Source: Candidatus Yanofskybacteria bacterium (GTDB lineage: Bacteria; Patescibacteriota; Minisyncoccia; 2-02-FULL-40-12; IGHO2-12-FULL-4). From it: a stretch of 60,112 bases of DNA. The first letter of the stretch is position 1. Every line of letters starts with the position of its first letter. A program made the translations under genes and the position numbers. Positions 1 to 9,728 of this stretch are shown here, piece after piece. The stretch covers positions 1-60,112 of the forward strand of contig JACOZX010000018.1 of assembly GCA_016181105.1 (NCBI GenBank). The letters run 5' to 3'. A model generated the notes under the pieces. It was not told the DNA's origin. It made no database searches and saw only the letters and a program-made list of their open reading frames with translations.

Positions 1-765
1 AAAATTATTACCAAAGTTTTTACAAAAGATAAATCTTCTGAAGTTTATGGTTTTGTTGAAAAAGAAATTCTATCCGGCCGACAGTCTTTTGTGATATGTT
101 CCCGTATTGAGCTGGGCAACCCGCAAGAGGTGATTAAGACTTCCGGAAAACAAAACAAGATGAATGTGTTGTGGGCGGAAGTTAAGGCTGTTACTGCTGA
201 ATACGAAAAACTTTCAAAAAGCATTTTTCCTAATTTTAAAATCGCTATGCTTCATGGAAAAATGAAGCCTAAAGAGAAAGAAAAAATCATGGAGGACTTT
301 AAAAACAGGAAATATCACATTTTAGTGTCCACCTCGGTTGTTGAAGTCGGGGTGGATGTTCCAAATGCGACGGTTATGCTGATTGAAAATGCTGAAAGGT
401 TCGGCTTGTCACAACTGCACCAATTTAGGGGCAGAGTGGGACGGGCTGAACATCAGTCATATTGTTTTTTGGTCAATGGCGGCGGCAATCGTTTTGAGAA
501 CAAAAGGCTGAAAGCTTTGGAGATTTGTGATGATGGTTTTAAACTGGCTGAACAGGATTTGCTATTGCGCGGTCCGGGAGAGTTTGTCGGCACCAAACAA
601 TCCGGTTTGCCGGACTTGGCGATGGCTTCTCTGTCTGATTTGGACTTAATAAAAAAAGCCCGGCTGGAAGCTAGGCTTTTGCTGAAAGATGACCCGAATT
701 TGAAAAAGTCTCCCCTTCTTAAGGCTCAAGTGGCTAACTTTCAAAAAATAAGACACTTTGAGTAA
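1..765 (+). CDS. recG: ATP-dependent DNA helicase RecG, C-terminal part (5' end outside window)
   Basis: The frame is open from base 1 (KIITKVF..SGRQSFVICSRIE) into the listed 91..765 ORF. Helicase C-domain blocks: HGKMKPKEKE, ILVSTSVVEVGVDVPNA, QLHQFRGRVGR. Confidence 0.85.
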   Translation, partial: KIITKVFTKDKSSEVYGFVEKEILSGRQSFVICSRIELGNPQEVIKTSGKQNKMNVLWAEVKAVTAEYEKLSKSIFPNFKIAMLHGKMKPKEKEKIMEDFKNRKYHILVSTSVVEVGVDVPNATVMLIENAERFGLSQLHQFRGRVGRAEHQSYCFLVNGGGNRFENKRLKALEICDDGFKLAEQDLLLRGPGEFVGTKQSGLPDLAMASLSDLDLIKKARLEARLLLKDDPNLKKSPLLKAQVANFQKIRHFE

Positions 766-829
766 AAGTGGAATTATGAAGTATGAGTCAAGAACCAAGG
801 AGAGAAACAGATTTTTTAAGGACCTTAAT

Positions 830-2398
830 TCATGATTCATGATTCGTGATTCTATTCTTGGGGGTAACCCAAAAACCTAGATATTTGCCGAGCATCAATC
901 TGCTCTGGGCTTCCAGACCGGGTAAAGCGCCTAAGACGATTGTGGTTATGGGGAACAATAGCCATTGCAAAACCATCCAAAGATACTTAAAGCGTCTATA
1001 GTGTAATGGCTTTGGCGGCAAGAGAACTATAGATAAGACAGCTGAAGAAATAAGCCCGATCATGGCCAGACTCATTATGGTTCTCGTGAATTGAGGCAGG
1101 TTTAAAGACAAGACAGACTGGTTGAATTTTGCTCCGCCAACTGCGACCGGCAACCAGCCCAGAATGAATATTATGATCGCATTAGTAGCCCAAGAGTGAA
1201 AACCCTCAAGGATATTAAAGACATAGTAAACCTTTTTTTTCAAAGGGATTAGTTTATTTTTGTAAAAACCAAAAAAGAAATAGGGTATGTTCTCTACGCC
1301 ATAACCCCAGCGACGCTGTTGTTTGTAGATGTTCTTCATTGTCTGCCAAAAGCTGGGAGCTACGTTGGCATCCATAGATACGGGGTAAAACATGGGTGTT
1401 ACCCTGTAATTGCCGTTGTATCTCAAGAAACACTGCCAAAAAATTCGTGAGTCTTCGGAGACCATGTTGGTTTGCCAAAAATCAACATCAACCAGAGCCT
1501 GAAACGGCATTGAGTGGCTGGAGAACGTAGTCAATCTCTCCGGTCTTTCCTGCTGAATTGTATGCCAGAAAGTGGCAGAGAAAGCGACCACCCGGGCTAA
1601 GGCCGGGGCTTCCCAGATGTTGTTGACATAAAGAGGTACCGGTTGATAAGAGGTATGTAGAGGGTCTCGTGTCGTAAGATAAAGATATGTTAAAAGAGAA
1701 AAGTAGTGGTTGGGGGCGACAGTGTCTATGTCAAAGTTTGAGACGATAACATGGTCATATTTTATGCCCAGAGCATCAATGATTTTTTCTTTAACAACTT
1801 TGCCGGCGTGGGCTGCGTTTGAGCCTTTGCCGGGTATTTCTCCAGAAATACTGTCCGGATGTTCCGTGACTATAAATTGAAAAAACTTACTGCCGTATTC
1901 TTTTTCCAGCTCATAGCCCAATTTATTTTCTTCCTCGCCGGCTCTGGACTCTTGGGCTAAAACCAAGATCATTTTTGTCTTGGGGTAGTTTGAATTTAGC
2001 AGGCTTTCAATTGAAGCTGTAACCAACTCCCTGCCTTCTTTGTAACGGGGCAGTATTATCAGGTGGTAAATGTCTTGCCAGGACTTAACGCTTTGCAGTT
2101 TGTACTCTGCGGTTGGCAGTTTCTCCAGCCTTTCAAGCCAGTCAATAGTCAGGTTAAGCCTTAGTTTTCTGTAGGCGTGTCTTAGGTGCAGAGAAAGATA
2201 TACGGTTTTAATAAGCCAATAGGTGTCAAATAGAATTATAAAAACGGCGGTAAAAGCGGGCGCAATAAAGGATAAAAATATAATCAAAAACAGTGTAAGC
2301 CAAGCTAAAAAGCCCGGCAAAAGCTCAAAAAAACGATATAAAAACCTTTCTTTTTTATCAGAAAGGTCTAAAGATTTACTTAATTTGGCATAGTCCAT
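830..2398 (-). CDS. membrane-embedded family-2 glycosyltransferase (processive type)
   Basis: 522 aa. Hydrophobic segments at both ends surround a soluble domain with SNFDIDT and QQRRWGYG (QxxRW-like) motifs. Confidence 0.6.
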   Translation of the reverse strand: MDYAKLSKSLDLSDKKERFLYRFFELLPGFLAWLTLFLIIFLSFIAPAFTAVFIILFDTYWLIKTVYLSLHLRHAYRKLRLNLTIDWLERLEKLPTAEYKLQSVKSWQDIYHLIILPRYKEGRELVTASIESLLNSNYPKTKMILVLAQESRAGEEENKLGYELEKEYGSKFFQFIVTEHPDSISGEIPGKGSNAAHAGKVVKEKIIDALGIKYDHVIVSNFDIDTVAPNHYFSLLTYLYLTTRDPLHTSYQPVPLYVNNIWEAPALARVVAFSATFWHTIQQERPERLTTFSSHSMPFQALVDVDFWQTNMVSEDSRIFWQCFLRYNGNYRVTPMFYPVSMDANVAPSFWQTMKNIYKQQRRWGYGVENIPYFFFGFYKNKLIPLKKKVYYVFNILEGFHSWATNAIIIFILGWLPVAVGGAKFNQSVLSLNLPQFTRTIMSLAMIGLISSAVLSIVLLPPKPLHYRRFKYLWMVLQWLLFPITTIVLGALPGLEAQSRLMLGKYLGFWVTPKNRITNHES

Positions 2399-2452
2399 TA
2401 TTGCAACAAATAATAAATTAAGTTTTACAAACAGTCAAACGAAGCGATAGCG

Positions 2453-4579
2453 TTAAGAACGTTTTGAAGGAAACTTGTCAACCAGTTTTTGTTCAATCGC
2501 GTAAAGACAAATTTCTTTGGCTCCTTGTTCCGAATATCCGAATTTTTCTTCTAAGTTCCTGGTCATGTGAGTAGCGTGTTCTTTCAACCGAGTGTCAAAG
2601 GTTTTGAACTTTTCGGTTCCAAAACATTTTACCGCTTCTTTAAAGTTGTCGCTTTTGAGGAACGGTTCCGGTAGCTTCTCTTTCAAGTTTTTGGTGTAGG
2701 CTGTAAAGAGTTCTTGGTACAATTCCGTTTCAGATATTTTCTTGCCGGTTATTTTTTTACTTTGTAATTGGGCAACAACTTTTCTGAACTTTTTTTGAAC
2801 TTCTTTTGCAAACTCTAAAGCGCCATGATCACCCAGATCTGTACTGGTAAAGCAAGAACCGAGTATTTTCAAAAATTCAGTTGAAACCTCTAATTCTTGC
2901 TGGGTCCACTCGCATTTTATTTTGCTCCCAACATCGTAGTTTACGGCGTATATATAATTTAGAATGTCTTTGTGAATTTGTTCTTTATTGTAAAAATAAA
3001 GAGATTCTTTTATCTCGTTTAACACCATGTAATCATACCAGTTTACAAGCGAGCCGATAAAGTTTTTAGGTATATTTTCGTTTCTTGTGTCTCTGCTAAC
3101 CCTGTGCTTGAAGAAGTCACAAACATTGTCCATGTTTATCAATTTGGGTTTTCCGCCATAACGCCTTAAAAACTCACCAAAAAGACCAATGGATTCTCTT
3201 CCGGAAAATCCCCTTTCTCCTTCCAATTCTCCTGTCGCAATCAGTTTCCGCCTAACGACAGCCGTCAGTTTTTTCTTGTCTTCTTCGGATAGCCATTGTG
3301 GAATGGTGCCGCCATATATCGCCATCCTTAGCAGAAGTCCCGCTTCGTCGCAGTAACGGTTGTATTTTTTCATGTCCGGAATCCACTCTTTAAGTGCTGT
3401 GCATTCAGCATTCATTCTGGAAGAAATTATTACTCTTGCGAAGTTTTTTAGAACCCTCGGAAGAAACTGCAGATCGGTTTGTTCACCGAAGATACTGCAG
3501 TAAATTTTAACCTCGGTAGGCACATCTAAAACGTATGGAACTTTGTTGTACTGGATTCTTCCCTGGAATGATTCGGCTTTCTCTTCCTTTATGCTTTCTT
3601 TGTCTTCCGGGTTCATGAGAGCTAAAAAAAGCGAACTTATTCTTTCTTCTACCATGCCGTTGTCCATAAGGACATATATGCCATTATTGGTTTTGGCAAG
3701 GGGCGAAAATACGTATTTCACAAGATTGGCGCCGAATATAGCATCAAGCTTTCTTTGGGTCTGAACAACAGTCAAGTAAGCCTCTTTGATGGGGCTGTCT
3801 CCGGGGTTAAAAACGCTGATGCCTTCGCCCAGCCGACGGTCAAATTTGCAGTTTCGGACTTTAATCATGTTGAAAACTTTGTCAAGAGAGCCGAGTTTTT
3901 CAAACAAAGCCCAAAAAAGAGACTTGCATATTGTGCAGACCTCTCTTTTAAATAGCCACTCATATTCTTTTTCGTGAGAGAGCTTATACTTAAATTCAGA
4001 CATCTTTTCCGACAGAAGTTTGTCCAAGAAAACAGCGCGATAACTTTTGGGGATAACCAACATCGGGTAGTCGTGGCTTGGGCAGGAGACATTAACCTTT
4101 TCCCCTCCAATATCAATATCCCAAAAAATCTCAAAACTTTGCCCTTCCTCTGTGGCCGTGTATTCTTCAAATGCCTGAAGAAGGTTGTTCAAAAATGTAC
4201 TTTTGCCGCATCCATGAGGCCCTTCGTAGACATATATCCGATTCTGCCTGGAGCCCTGCCTAAGCGATTCCACCTGCCTTACAAATCTGTTGGCAAAAAG
4301 TCTGTCGGCAAAAAAAGGGTTGTCAGAATCCCTGACAAAAATTTTTGAACAGTCGTATTTAATGAAACCGATACTTTCGGGATCGTCGGGATATTCGTCT
4401 TCTCCTTTGCTGACATAACTTTTGACCATGTCGTGAAAAAGCTGAAAAATATCCCGCAGAGACCTTTCGGGCTCTCTTTTTGCAATGTCCAAAAATTCAT
4501 CAAACCTCAAAACTTTTCTTTTCTCTTTATCCTCAATATCGGTTCTTAATGTCTCCAGCGCTTTTTTGGTTTCATCCAT
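2453..4579 (-). CDS. PrkA-like P-loop ATPase paralogue (fourth gene of the PrkA/DUF444/SpoVR operon)
   Basis: 708 aa with Walker A GPHGCGKST. The start codon lies 2 nt after the SpoVR stop. Size and architecture resemble PrkA-family proteins, but the assignment is by resemblance only. Confidence 0.5.
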   Translation of the reverse strand: MDETKKALETLRTDIEDKEKRKVLRFDEFLDIAKREPERSLRDIFQLFHDMVKSYVSKGEDEYPDDPESIGFIKYDCSKIFVRDSDNPFFADRLFANRFVRQVESLRQGSRQNRIYVYEGPHGCGKSTFLNNLLQAFEEYTATEEGQSFEIFWDIDIGGEKVNVSCPSHDYPMLVIPKSYRAVFLDKLLSEKMSEFKYKLSHEKEYEWLFKREVCTICKSLFWALFEKLGSLDKVFNMIKVRNCKFDRRLGEGISVFNPGDSPIKEAYLTVVQTQRKLDAIFGANLVKYVFSPLAKTNNGIYVLMDNGMVEERISSLFLALMNPEDKESIKEEKAESFQGRIQYNKVPYVLDVPTEVKIYCSIFGEQTDLQFLPRVLKNFARVIISSRMNAECTALKEWIPDMKKYNRYCDEAGLLLRMAIYGGTIPQWLSEEDKKKLTAVVRRKLIATGELEGERGFSGRESIGLFGEFLRRYGGKPKLINMDNVCDFFKHRVSRDTRNENIPKNFIGSLVNWYDYMVLNEIKESLYFYNKEQIHKDILNYIYAVNYDVGSKIKCEWTQQELEVSTEFLKILGSCFTSTDLGDHGALEFAKEVQKKFRKVVAQLQSKKITGKKISETELYQELFTAYTKNLKEKLPEPFLKSDNFKEAVKCFGTEKFKTFDTRLKEHATHMTRNLEEKFGYSEQGAKEICLYAIEQKLVDKFPSKRS

Positions 4580-4581
4580 AG

Positions 4582-6285
4582 TTACACTCCACCCTCTTCT
4601 TCGGAAATCAAAGTTTTTTCCACTGTTTTATCTTTGCAAGTGTAAAGCACGCGGAGTTTTTTATACTCCGGTGTATACCCGGCTTCTAAAAGCAGACTAC
4701 CCAGTCTTATCGGGCCGGAATCAAACTCTGTTGTCTCGAGTTTAACCGTATTGCCTGCCAGATAAGATAAACCGATTAAAACTGCTGGAATATAGGGCGT
4801 AACCAGAGACCGGCCCTCAAAGGAGTGGTCAAGGTACAGCTCCCCTTCCTTGGCTTTATCTTCACTGATTGTGATATGGGGCGGGTGGTATAAGCTGTCG
4901 TTAAGCATCTTTCGATAGTCTTTTCCGCTTCTCGACTTGATATAGACTTCAAGCGACAACCTTTCTAAGTTCAAGTGAAAGCCGGCGACGAAAAGATTGT
5001 GTTTGTCAACGAAATCCTGAAAGTCTTCGTCGGAAAGAAAATTGACAAGCATAAAGTCGTCAAAGTTTTTTCTGGCTTCAAACAAGGCTTTTTTGCCTGT
5101 TTCTTCTCCCAGTTTTTGGTCAAAGCGCTTTCTGGCTTCAGCATCTTTTATCAGCTGATATTGATAGGAAAGCTTGCCTTTCATTGCCAGTTCCTCAATA
5201 AATTCGTAGAGACGCTTGAATCCAATGTAAGGGTTAAGCCCTATTTTTGGGTCAACGACAACCCCCGAGTTGGTTATAGAAAAGTCAATCTCGTGAGAGC
5301 GAATCCGTGGGTCGGCTATAAACAACCTTTCATGCCACAAACTGGCCCAGCCCTCGTTGCTGTTGTGGGTTCTCATTTGAGCCTGAAAAAAAAGCGACGT
5401 TCTTCTTACTACTTCAAGAACTTCTTTCATCCACCCATTGCCTTCTTTGTTTACAAACTCGGAGTGGTCTGCAAGATATTGAAGAATATCTTTTGTCTTT
5501 GGCTTCTTTTTTTCTTCATGCTTCTTGAAAACGCTGTCAAGTTCCGGAAATTTACTTCTGAAAGCCGGTTCGTTGAAGAAAATGTCATCTCCTATTTTCT
5601 GGCCAAACTGCTTATGGCAGACATTGAGTCGTTCAAGTTCATCGTAATAAAACTTGAGCGTTACGTTCTTTCCTTCATAGCGTTGTTTCAGAAACTTACC
5701 GAAGTAGAAGTCAACTTTTTTAGAGAAGGAACCTGCAATTCCCTTTGTCTGGATTCTGTCTCCTTCTTCAAGTTCCTGGTAATAGGCAACTAAGTTATCC
5801 GCGCCTCTGGCAAATTCAATTACGTAGTCAACCCACCTTTTTTCGGTTCCCATTTCTTCCCGGATTCTGTTTATCAGACGCTTGTCGGCCAGCGCTTCAC
5901 CGCAAAAATCCCGATTCCATGTGTTTCTGAAAAAAACGTTGTTTTGAAAGTAGTCTATGTGGGGTAAAACGTGATAGAAAATCATTATATTAAGCCAGTC
6001 GGCGTTGTTATCGTTGTAGAACGATAAAGGGGGCCTGGTATTAATGACGGTCTCATAGGGGTTGTTGGGGTATAGTTTATAAGCCCATTTATTTTTGATA
6101 ACCTCCACGTCATCAACCCAAAAATCATAAAGCGTCGGAATCATCGCTTTTGGCGAAAGTGTCAAGAAATCTTGATTGGTGGCGATGTACTCTAGAGTCT
6201 CTCCCTCAAAATTTAAGCCCTCAGCTCTTGCTCTAGTCTTGCACTCCTCCATAATTTTCTTGGCCTCTTGCCCTAACAGTTCCAT
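4582..6285 (-). CDS. spoVR: SpoVR/YcgB family protein
   Basis: 567 aa with SpoVR-typical blocks, e.g. NEGWASLWHERLF and FYHVLPHIDYFQNN. Confidence 0.85.
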   Translation of the reverse strand: MELLGQEAKKIMEECKTRARAEGLNFEGETLEYIATNQDFLTLSPKAMIPTLYDFWVDDVEVIKNKWAYKLYPNNPYETVINTRPPLSFYNDNNADWLNIMIFYHVLPHIDYFQNNVFFRNTWNRDFCGEALADKRLINRIREEMGTEKRWVDYVIEFARGADNLVAYYQELEEGDRIQTKGIAGSFSKKVDFYFGKFLKQRYEGKNVTLKFYYDELERLNVCHKQFGQKIGDDIFFNEPAFRSKFPELDSVFKKHEEKKKPKTKDILQYLADHSEFVNKEGNGWMKEVLEVVRRTSLFFQAQMRTHNSNEGWASLWHERLFIADPRIRSHEIDFSITNSGVVVDPKIGLNPYIGFKRLYEFIEELAMKGKLSYQYQLIKDAEARKRFDQKLGEETGKKALFEARKNFDDFMLVNFLSDEDFQDFVDKHNLFVAGFHLNLERLSLEVYIKSRSGKDYRKMLNDSLYHPPHITISEDKAKEGELYLDHSFEGRSLVTPYIPAVLIGLSYLAGNTVKLETTEFDSGPIRLGSLLLEAGYTPEYKKLRVLYTCKDKTVEKTLISEEEGGV

Positions 6286-6365
6286 AGTTCTTGCCTCGTT
6301 TTTCCTTATTTTTAAGGTTCTTTCTTAAAATTTACAGGATTATCAGATAAATACAAGGACTAAAA

Positions 6366-6388
6366 AACGGACGGTATTACCGTCCGTT
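6366..6388 (-). terminator. hairpin plus U-run between the DUF444 gene and spoVR (intra-operon terminator or attenuator)
   Basis: The minus strand reads ACGGACGG-taata-CCGTCCGT followed by TTTTTTA, directly after the stop at 6393. Confidence 0.45.
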
Positions 6389-6392
6389 GACT

Positions 6393-7565
6393 CTAGTCTT
6401 CAGCGACTAAAGCTTTGACTGCTTGTTTGTTGTTTTCATCGGTTACATTGCTGTCAGACATCAAATGCATTCTGAAAACATCCTTTCTGTCTATAAAGCC
6501 GCCTTCTTTTATATATAGCTCAAAAAGGCTTTCTTGTTTAAGTTCAAGATGGCGGGGGTTTCTCAAGACACTAACGCCCATACGATTAACATAGCTTAGA
6601 ATTTTTTCTATTTCCGGAATTGCCTCTTCTCCGTCGTCTCCGTCGTCGCCATCGGTGCCTTGAAAGACGTAAATGTTATAATCTCTGGCAAGATTTTCTT
6701 CCTCAACAACCCTGTTGACCTCTTGATAAACAGAAGGGATAAGGGTGCCGCCGTTGGTAGCCTTTGTAAAGTAGGCCTCTACTGAAACTTCTTCAGCTTC
6801 AACGTCATGAACAAAAAACCTTGGTATTACAAGATGCTTATATTGAAATAAAAGCCACGAATATATCATTAGGTGTTGGCTTAATATTGCTTTGGTCGGG
6901 TCGCCCTGCATAGAACCAGAATAATCTCTTAAGAAAAACACAATTGCTTGAGACTTCCAGACCCTTTCTTTGGAAAGAACACGATAAATTTTATCCTGCG
7001 GACCGACAATAAGTTTTGTTGTGTCAATGTTGTCTCCGTCAATACGGCCCAGAGCAATATTGCTCTTAACAACACTTGTCAGTGTTGCTTTTTTGTCTAA
7101 AAATTGGCCGGATCCTTTGTGTCTGTCCGTCAGATCGTAAACATATTCGTCAGTCGGCACTTTTTTGCCTTTATCTTTCAAGTCAGGAAGCTTTAACTCT
7201 TCCGAAAGTTCTTTGCCCAGCTGGTAAGCTCCCGTTTCTATGCCGTGTTCGCCCTCACCTTCGCCGGCTTGGGGTTCTTCATCTTCAATTTCTTCGTCGC
7301 CATCGCCGTCTTCACCGCTTTCTGAAAGGGGTATTTCGTAGATAATATCTCCGACCTCTCCTTCTCCGTGTCCGGCTTGGTCTATCCCATGTTCGCCGGT
7401 CGGCTCAAAGTCTCCGTGAATAAGTTTTTCCTCAACGACGTAAGGGATTGCGATTACTCTGTCCGGTCCGGACAATATTTTTCTTATCCTTATTTTCTTC
7501 TTGAATCCGTCTTTTTCTCTCTGCGCATCTCTTTTCAAAAGTTCTTCAAGTGACTCGTTGGGCAT
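6393..7565 (-). CDS. YeaH/YhbH family protein (DUF444, vWA-like)
   Basis: 390 aa. It has an acidic linker (GEDGDGDEEIEDEE), FFLRDYSGSM and a C-terminal FQGTDGDDGDDG, and it lies 16 nt downstream of prkA. Confidence 0.8.
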   Translation of the reverse strand: MPNESLEELLKRDAQREKDGFKKKIRIRKILSGPDRVIAIPYVVEEKLIHGDFEPTGEHGIDQAGHGEGEVGDIIYEIPLSESGEDGDGDEEIEDEEPQAGEGEGEHGIETGAYQLGKELSEELKLPDLKDKGKKVPTDEYVYDLTDRHKGSGQFLDKKATLTSVVKSNIALGRIDGDNIDTTKLIVGPQDKIYRVLSKERVWKSQAIVFFLRDYSGSMQGDPTKAILSQHLMIYSWLLFQYKHLVIPRFFVHDVEAEEVSVEAYFTKATNGGTLIPSVYQEVNRVVEEENLARDYNIYVFQGTDGDDGDDGEEAIPEIEKILSYVNRMGVSVLRNPRHLELKQESLFELYIKEGGFIDRKDVFRMHLMSDSNVTDENNKQAVKALVAED

Positions 7566-7581
7566 TGAGGAGCTCCTTCAG

Positions 7582-9654
7582 TTAGCTTTCGTCTTCTTTT
7601 TCGCAGAAGTATTCAATTGTTTTCTGGGCGCAAGTTTGGCAATAGCCCAGTTTATACAGCATAGTTTCCACCATTCTATTGTAAATCTTCAGATTTTCTT
7701 CATTGGTCCTGTTGGCTAAAGCGCCAACCAAACTGCCCGCTCCGGCAACGTCCGACTCCAGTCTTACGTCAGTTACTGCTTTAACCAACGATTGCTGGTC
7801 CATAAAGTCGTAGTTGGGATCGGTGGATACTTTCTGGCCGTAAATTTTACGAACAGTATTGCGGTGAGATTCTTTTCTTTCACTGCTGGAAAGACCCATT
7901 CGGTTCTCAACACTATCAATGAAGCTTGTGTCTATTTTGATGGGCTTTAGTTCGCCAGTTTGCGGGTCCCTGTATTTCCACATCTTATCCGGACCCAAGT
8001 TTTCTTGATCCATTCCAATAATCATGTTGACATAAGCCAAAACATCTTTACGAATGGCTTCTGGATCGTCACGGTAAGCGTTAAAAATGGCAGTCTTTAC
8101 CCGCTCACGATAGAGCTGTTTGGCAGTCTTCAGGTCTCTTAAGTATTTTTCACGGTCTGCCGCTTCATCAACGTAGTCAAGGATCACCCGCTCAAAGGCC
8201 TTGAAAACATCTTTGGCGAATAAACACTTGCCCTCACTGCTTTCGGGCATGGTCCCGAGTATCTGAATGCTTCTGCCTAAGTTGCGATGGCCCAGCCCCT
8301 TTTGCCCCCACCTTTTAGTAACATCCGGACTGGTGTTGGCATTTTCCATAACCTCTACCAACGTTTTAACACCTTTTTCCCCGGCTATTTCACCGGCTGC
8401 CAATTTCATAATCTCAATCGGGATGAGTTTTTCCGAATCAGGAAGTCGGGTGAGCGTTACACCGACAGAGGCGGCAAAATTAAGATTTGGATCTTCATGC
8501 ATCTCCTCGCCGAAAATCGTGGTCTTTTTCTCACTGCCGATAACATAAGAAGTTAGTTCTGCCTGAAGCTTGTAGTCAGTATTGTGGGAGACATAACAGA
8601 GTCGGCATCGGTCTTTTATGGGTGCCTCGTCTTTGTCGGTTACAAACTGATTGTAGGCATTGTTATTGCTGGTAGCAATGATTAGTGTATCAATCGGCCA
8701 GATAAAACCGTCTAACTCAATGTTTCGGTTTTGAATGACTTGCAAGTATATCTGAACCAAGTCTTTTTTGTTTCTGAAAAGCTCATCGGAGAAGTGAATC
8801 CCGGCGCCGGCCACGCGCGCCAAAGCGCCGCGTTTTAAGTCAAACCTGTTAGGGTCTCCCGGTTTCAACAAAAGAAGATGTTGCAGCGACTCTTCACCCA
8901 AAAGGTCTACCGAAGAAGAAGTAATCTTATCCTTGGCCGAGTATTTGCCGGTAACAGTGCCCATGCTCTCACTCATAGGAACAGGGACTAGTTGTACGTG
9001 TTTGAGTGCTCTATTTGCGTCTCCATCAAAGTGGGTCATCAACTCACGCCATAAGTATTCCGACGAGGCGCCTAGGGGACGCCTTTGTTCATACAACTTT
9101 CTGATGGCGTTATCACTGAAACCGTTTCCCGACAATAACTTCTTTGATTCGTTTAAATCTTCAAAAAGATTCATGGCAAGAACCATCGGGTCTTCAAAAG
9201 TCAGGGAGTGCATTTCCGAAACCATTTGGTTGTAGCCAAGGGTTTCATCGAGGCCGACAAACTTAAAGGTATATTTGCGATTTTCCGGTTTTGCTAAAAA
9301 TTGTCTGTACTTTTCACAGACGTAACTTACAAAGAAAGTTTTGCCGTTACCGGGTTCTCCGACAAGAACAAAAGCCATTTCTTTGGCGGAACCGCCTTCA
9401 GCGGCATCTTTTACGAAATGCACAAAGTCATTTATCTCGTCATACCATCCGATTATGTGCCGGGTGCCTTGACGGAAAAATTCAAAATCGTATACAGTCC
9501 TTCCGGCGCGAATCTTTTTTTCAATCTTCTTTTCCAGAATCATCCGGGAAACAGCTTCTGAAGTTGTTTCAAACTTTCTTCGGCCTTGAGCTACCTCTTT
9601 GACATGAAAGAGTAAGCTTCTGCTGTCGTTGACGGTCGTGTCTTTTTCAGACAT
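7582..9654 (-). CDS. prkA: PrkA family serine protein kinase (AAA-type N-domain)
   Basis: 690 aa with P-loop GEPGNGKTFF and a long C-terminal PrkA-like region. It is the first gene of the operon. Confidence 0.85.
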   Translation of the reverse strand: MSEKDTTVNDSRSLLFHVKEVAQGRRKFETTSEAVSRMILEKKIEKKIRAGRTVYDFEFFRQGTRHIIGWYDEINDFVHFVKDAAEGGSAKEMAFVLVGEPGNGKTFFVSYVCEKYRQFLAKPENRKYTFKFVGLDETLGYNQMVSEMHSLTFEDPMVLAMNLFEDLNESKKLLSGNGFSDNAIRKLYEQRRPLGASSEYLWRELMTHFDGDANRALKHVQLVPVPMSESMGTVTGKYSAKDKITSSSVDLLGEESLQHLLLLKPGDPNRFDLKRGALARVAGAGIHFSDELFRNKKDLVQIYLQVIQNRNIELDGFIWPIDTLIIATSNNNAYNQFVTDKDEAPIKDRCRLCYVSHNTDYKLQAELTSYVIGSEKKTTIFGEEMHEDPNLNFAASVGVTLTRLPDSEKLIPIEIMKLAAGEIAGEKGVKTLVEVMENANTSPDVTKRWGQKGLGHRNLGRSIQILGTMPESSEGKCLFAKDVFKAFERVILDYVDEAADREKYLRDLKTAKQLYRERVKTAIFNAYRDDPEAIRKDVLAYVNMIIGMDQENLGPDKMWKYRDPQTGELKPIKIDTSFIDSVENRMGLSSSERKESHRNTVRKIYGQKVSTDPNYDFMDQQSLVKAVTDVRLESDVAGAGSLVGALANRTNEENLKIYNRMVETMLYKLGYCQTCAQKTIEYFCEKEDES

Positions 9655-9728
9655 TTTTCACCTTTTTTCTTTAATTTTTAAAAGACCTGATTGTAGCAAG
9701 CGTAATTTAAAAATATTATGGAGTCAAG

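Noticed and set aside
4283-4312. A 15-bp tandem repeat (TCTGTTGGCAAAAAG / TCTGTCGGCAAAAAAAG) inside the PrkA-like CDS.
   Set aside because: It simply encodes the short peptide duplication FADRLFANRF. There is no sign of mobility or regulation.
3543-5930. Multiple 60-270-aa ORFs antisense to the PrkA-like and SpoVR genes, and similar antisense ORFs in prkA, polA, pnp, pilB and ligA.
   Set aside because: They lie entirely inside long, motif-supported genes on the opposite strand. Their composition is low-complexity or hydrophobic junk, and they have no start context.
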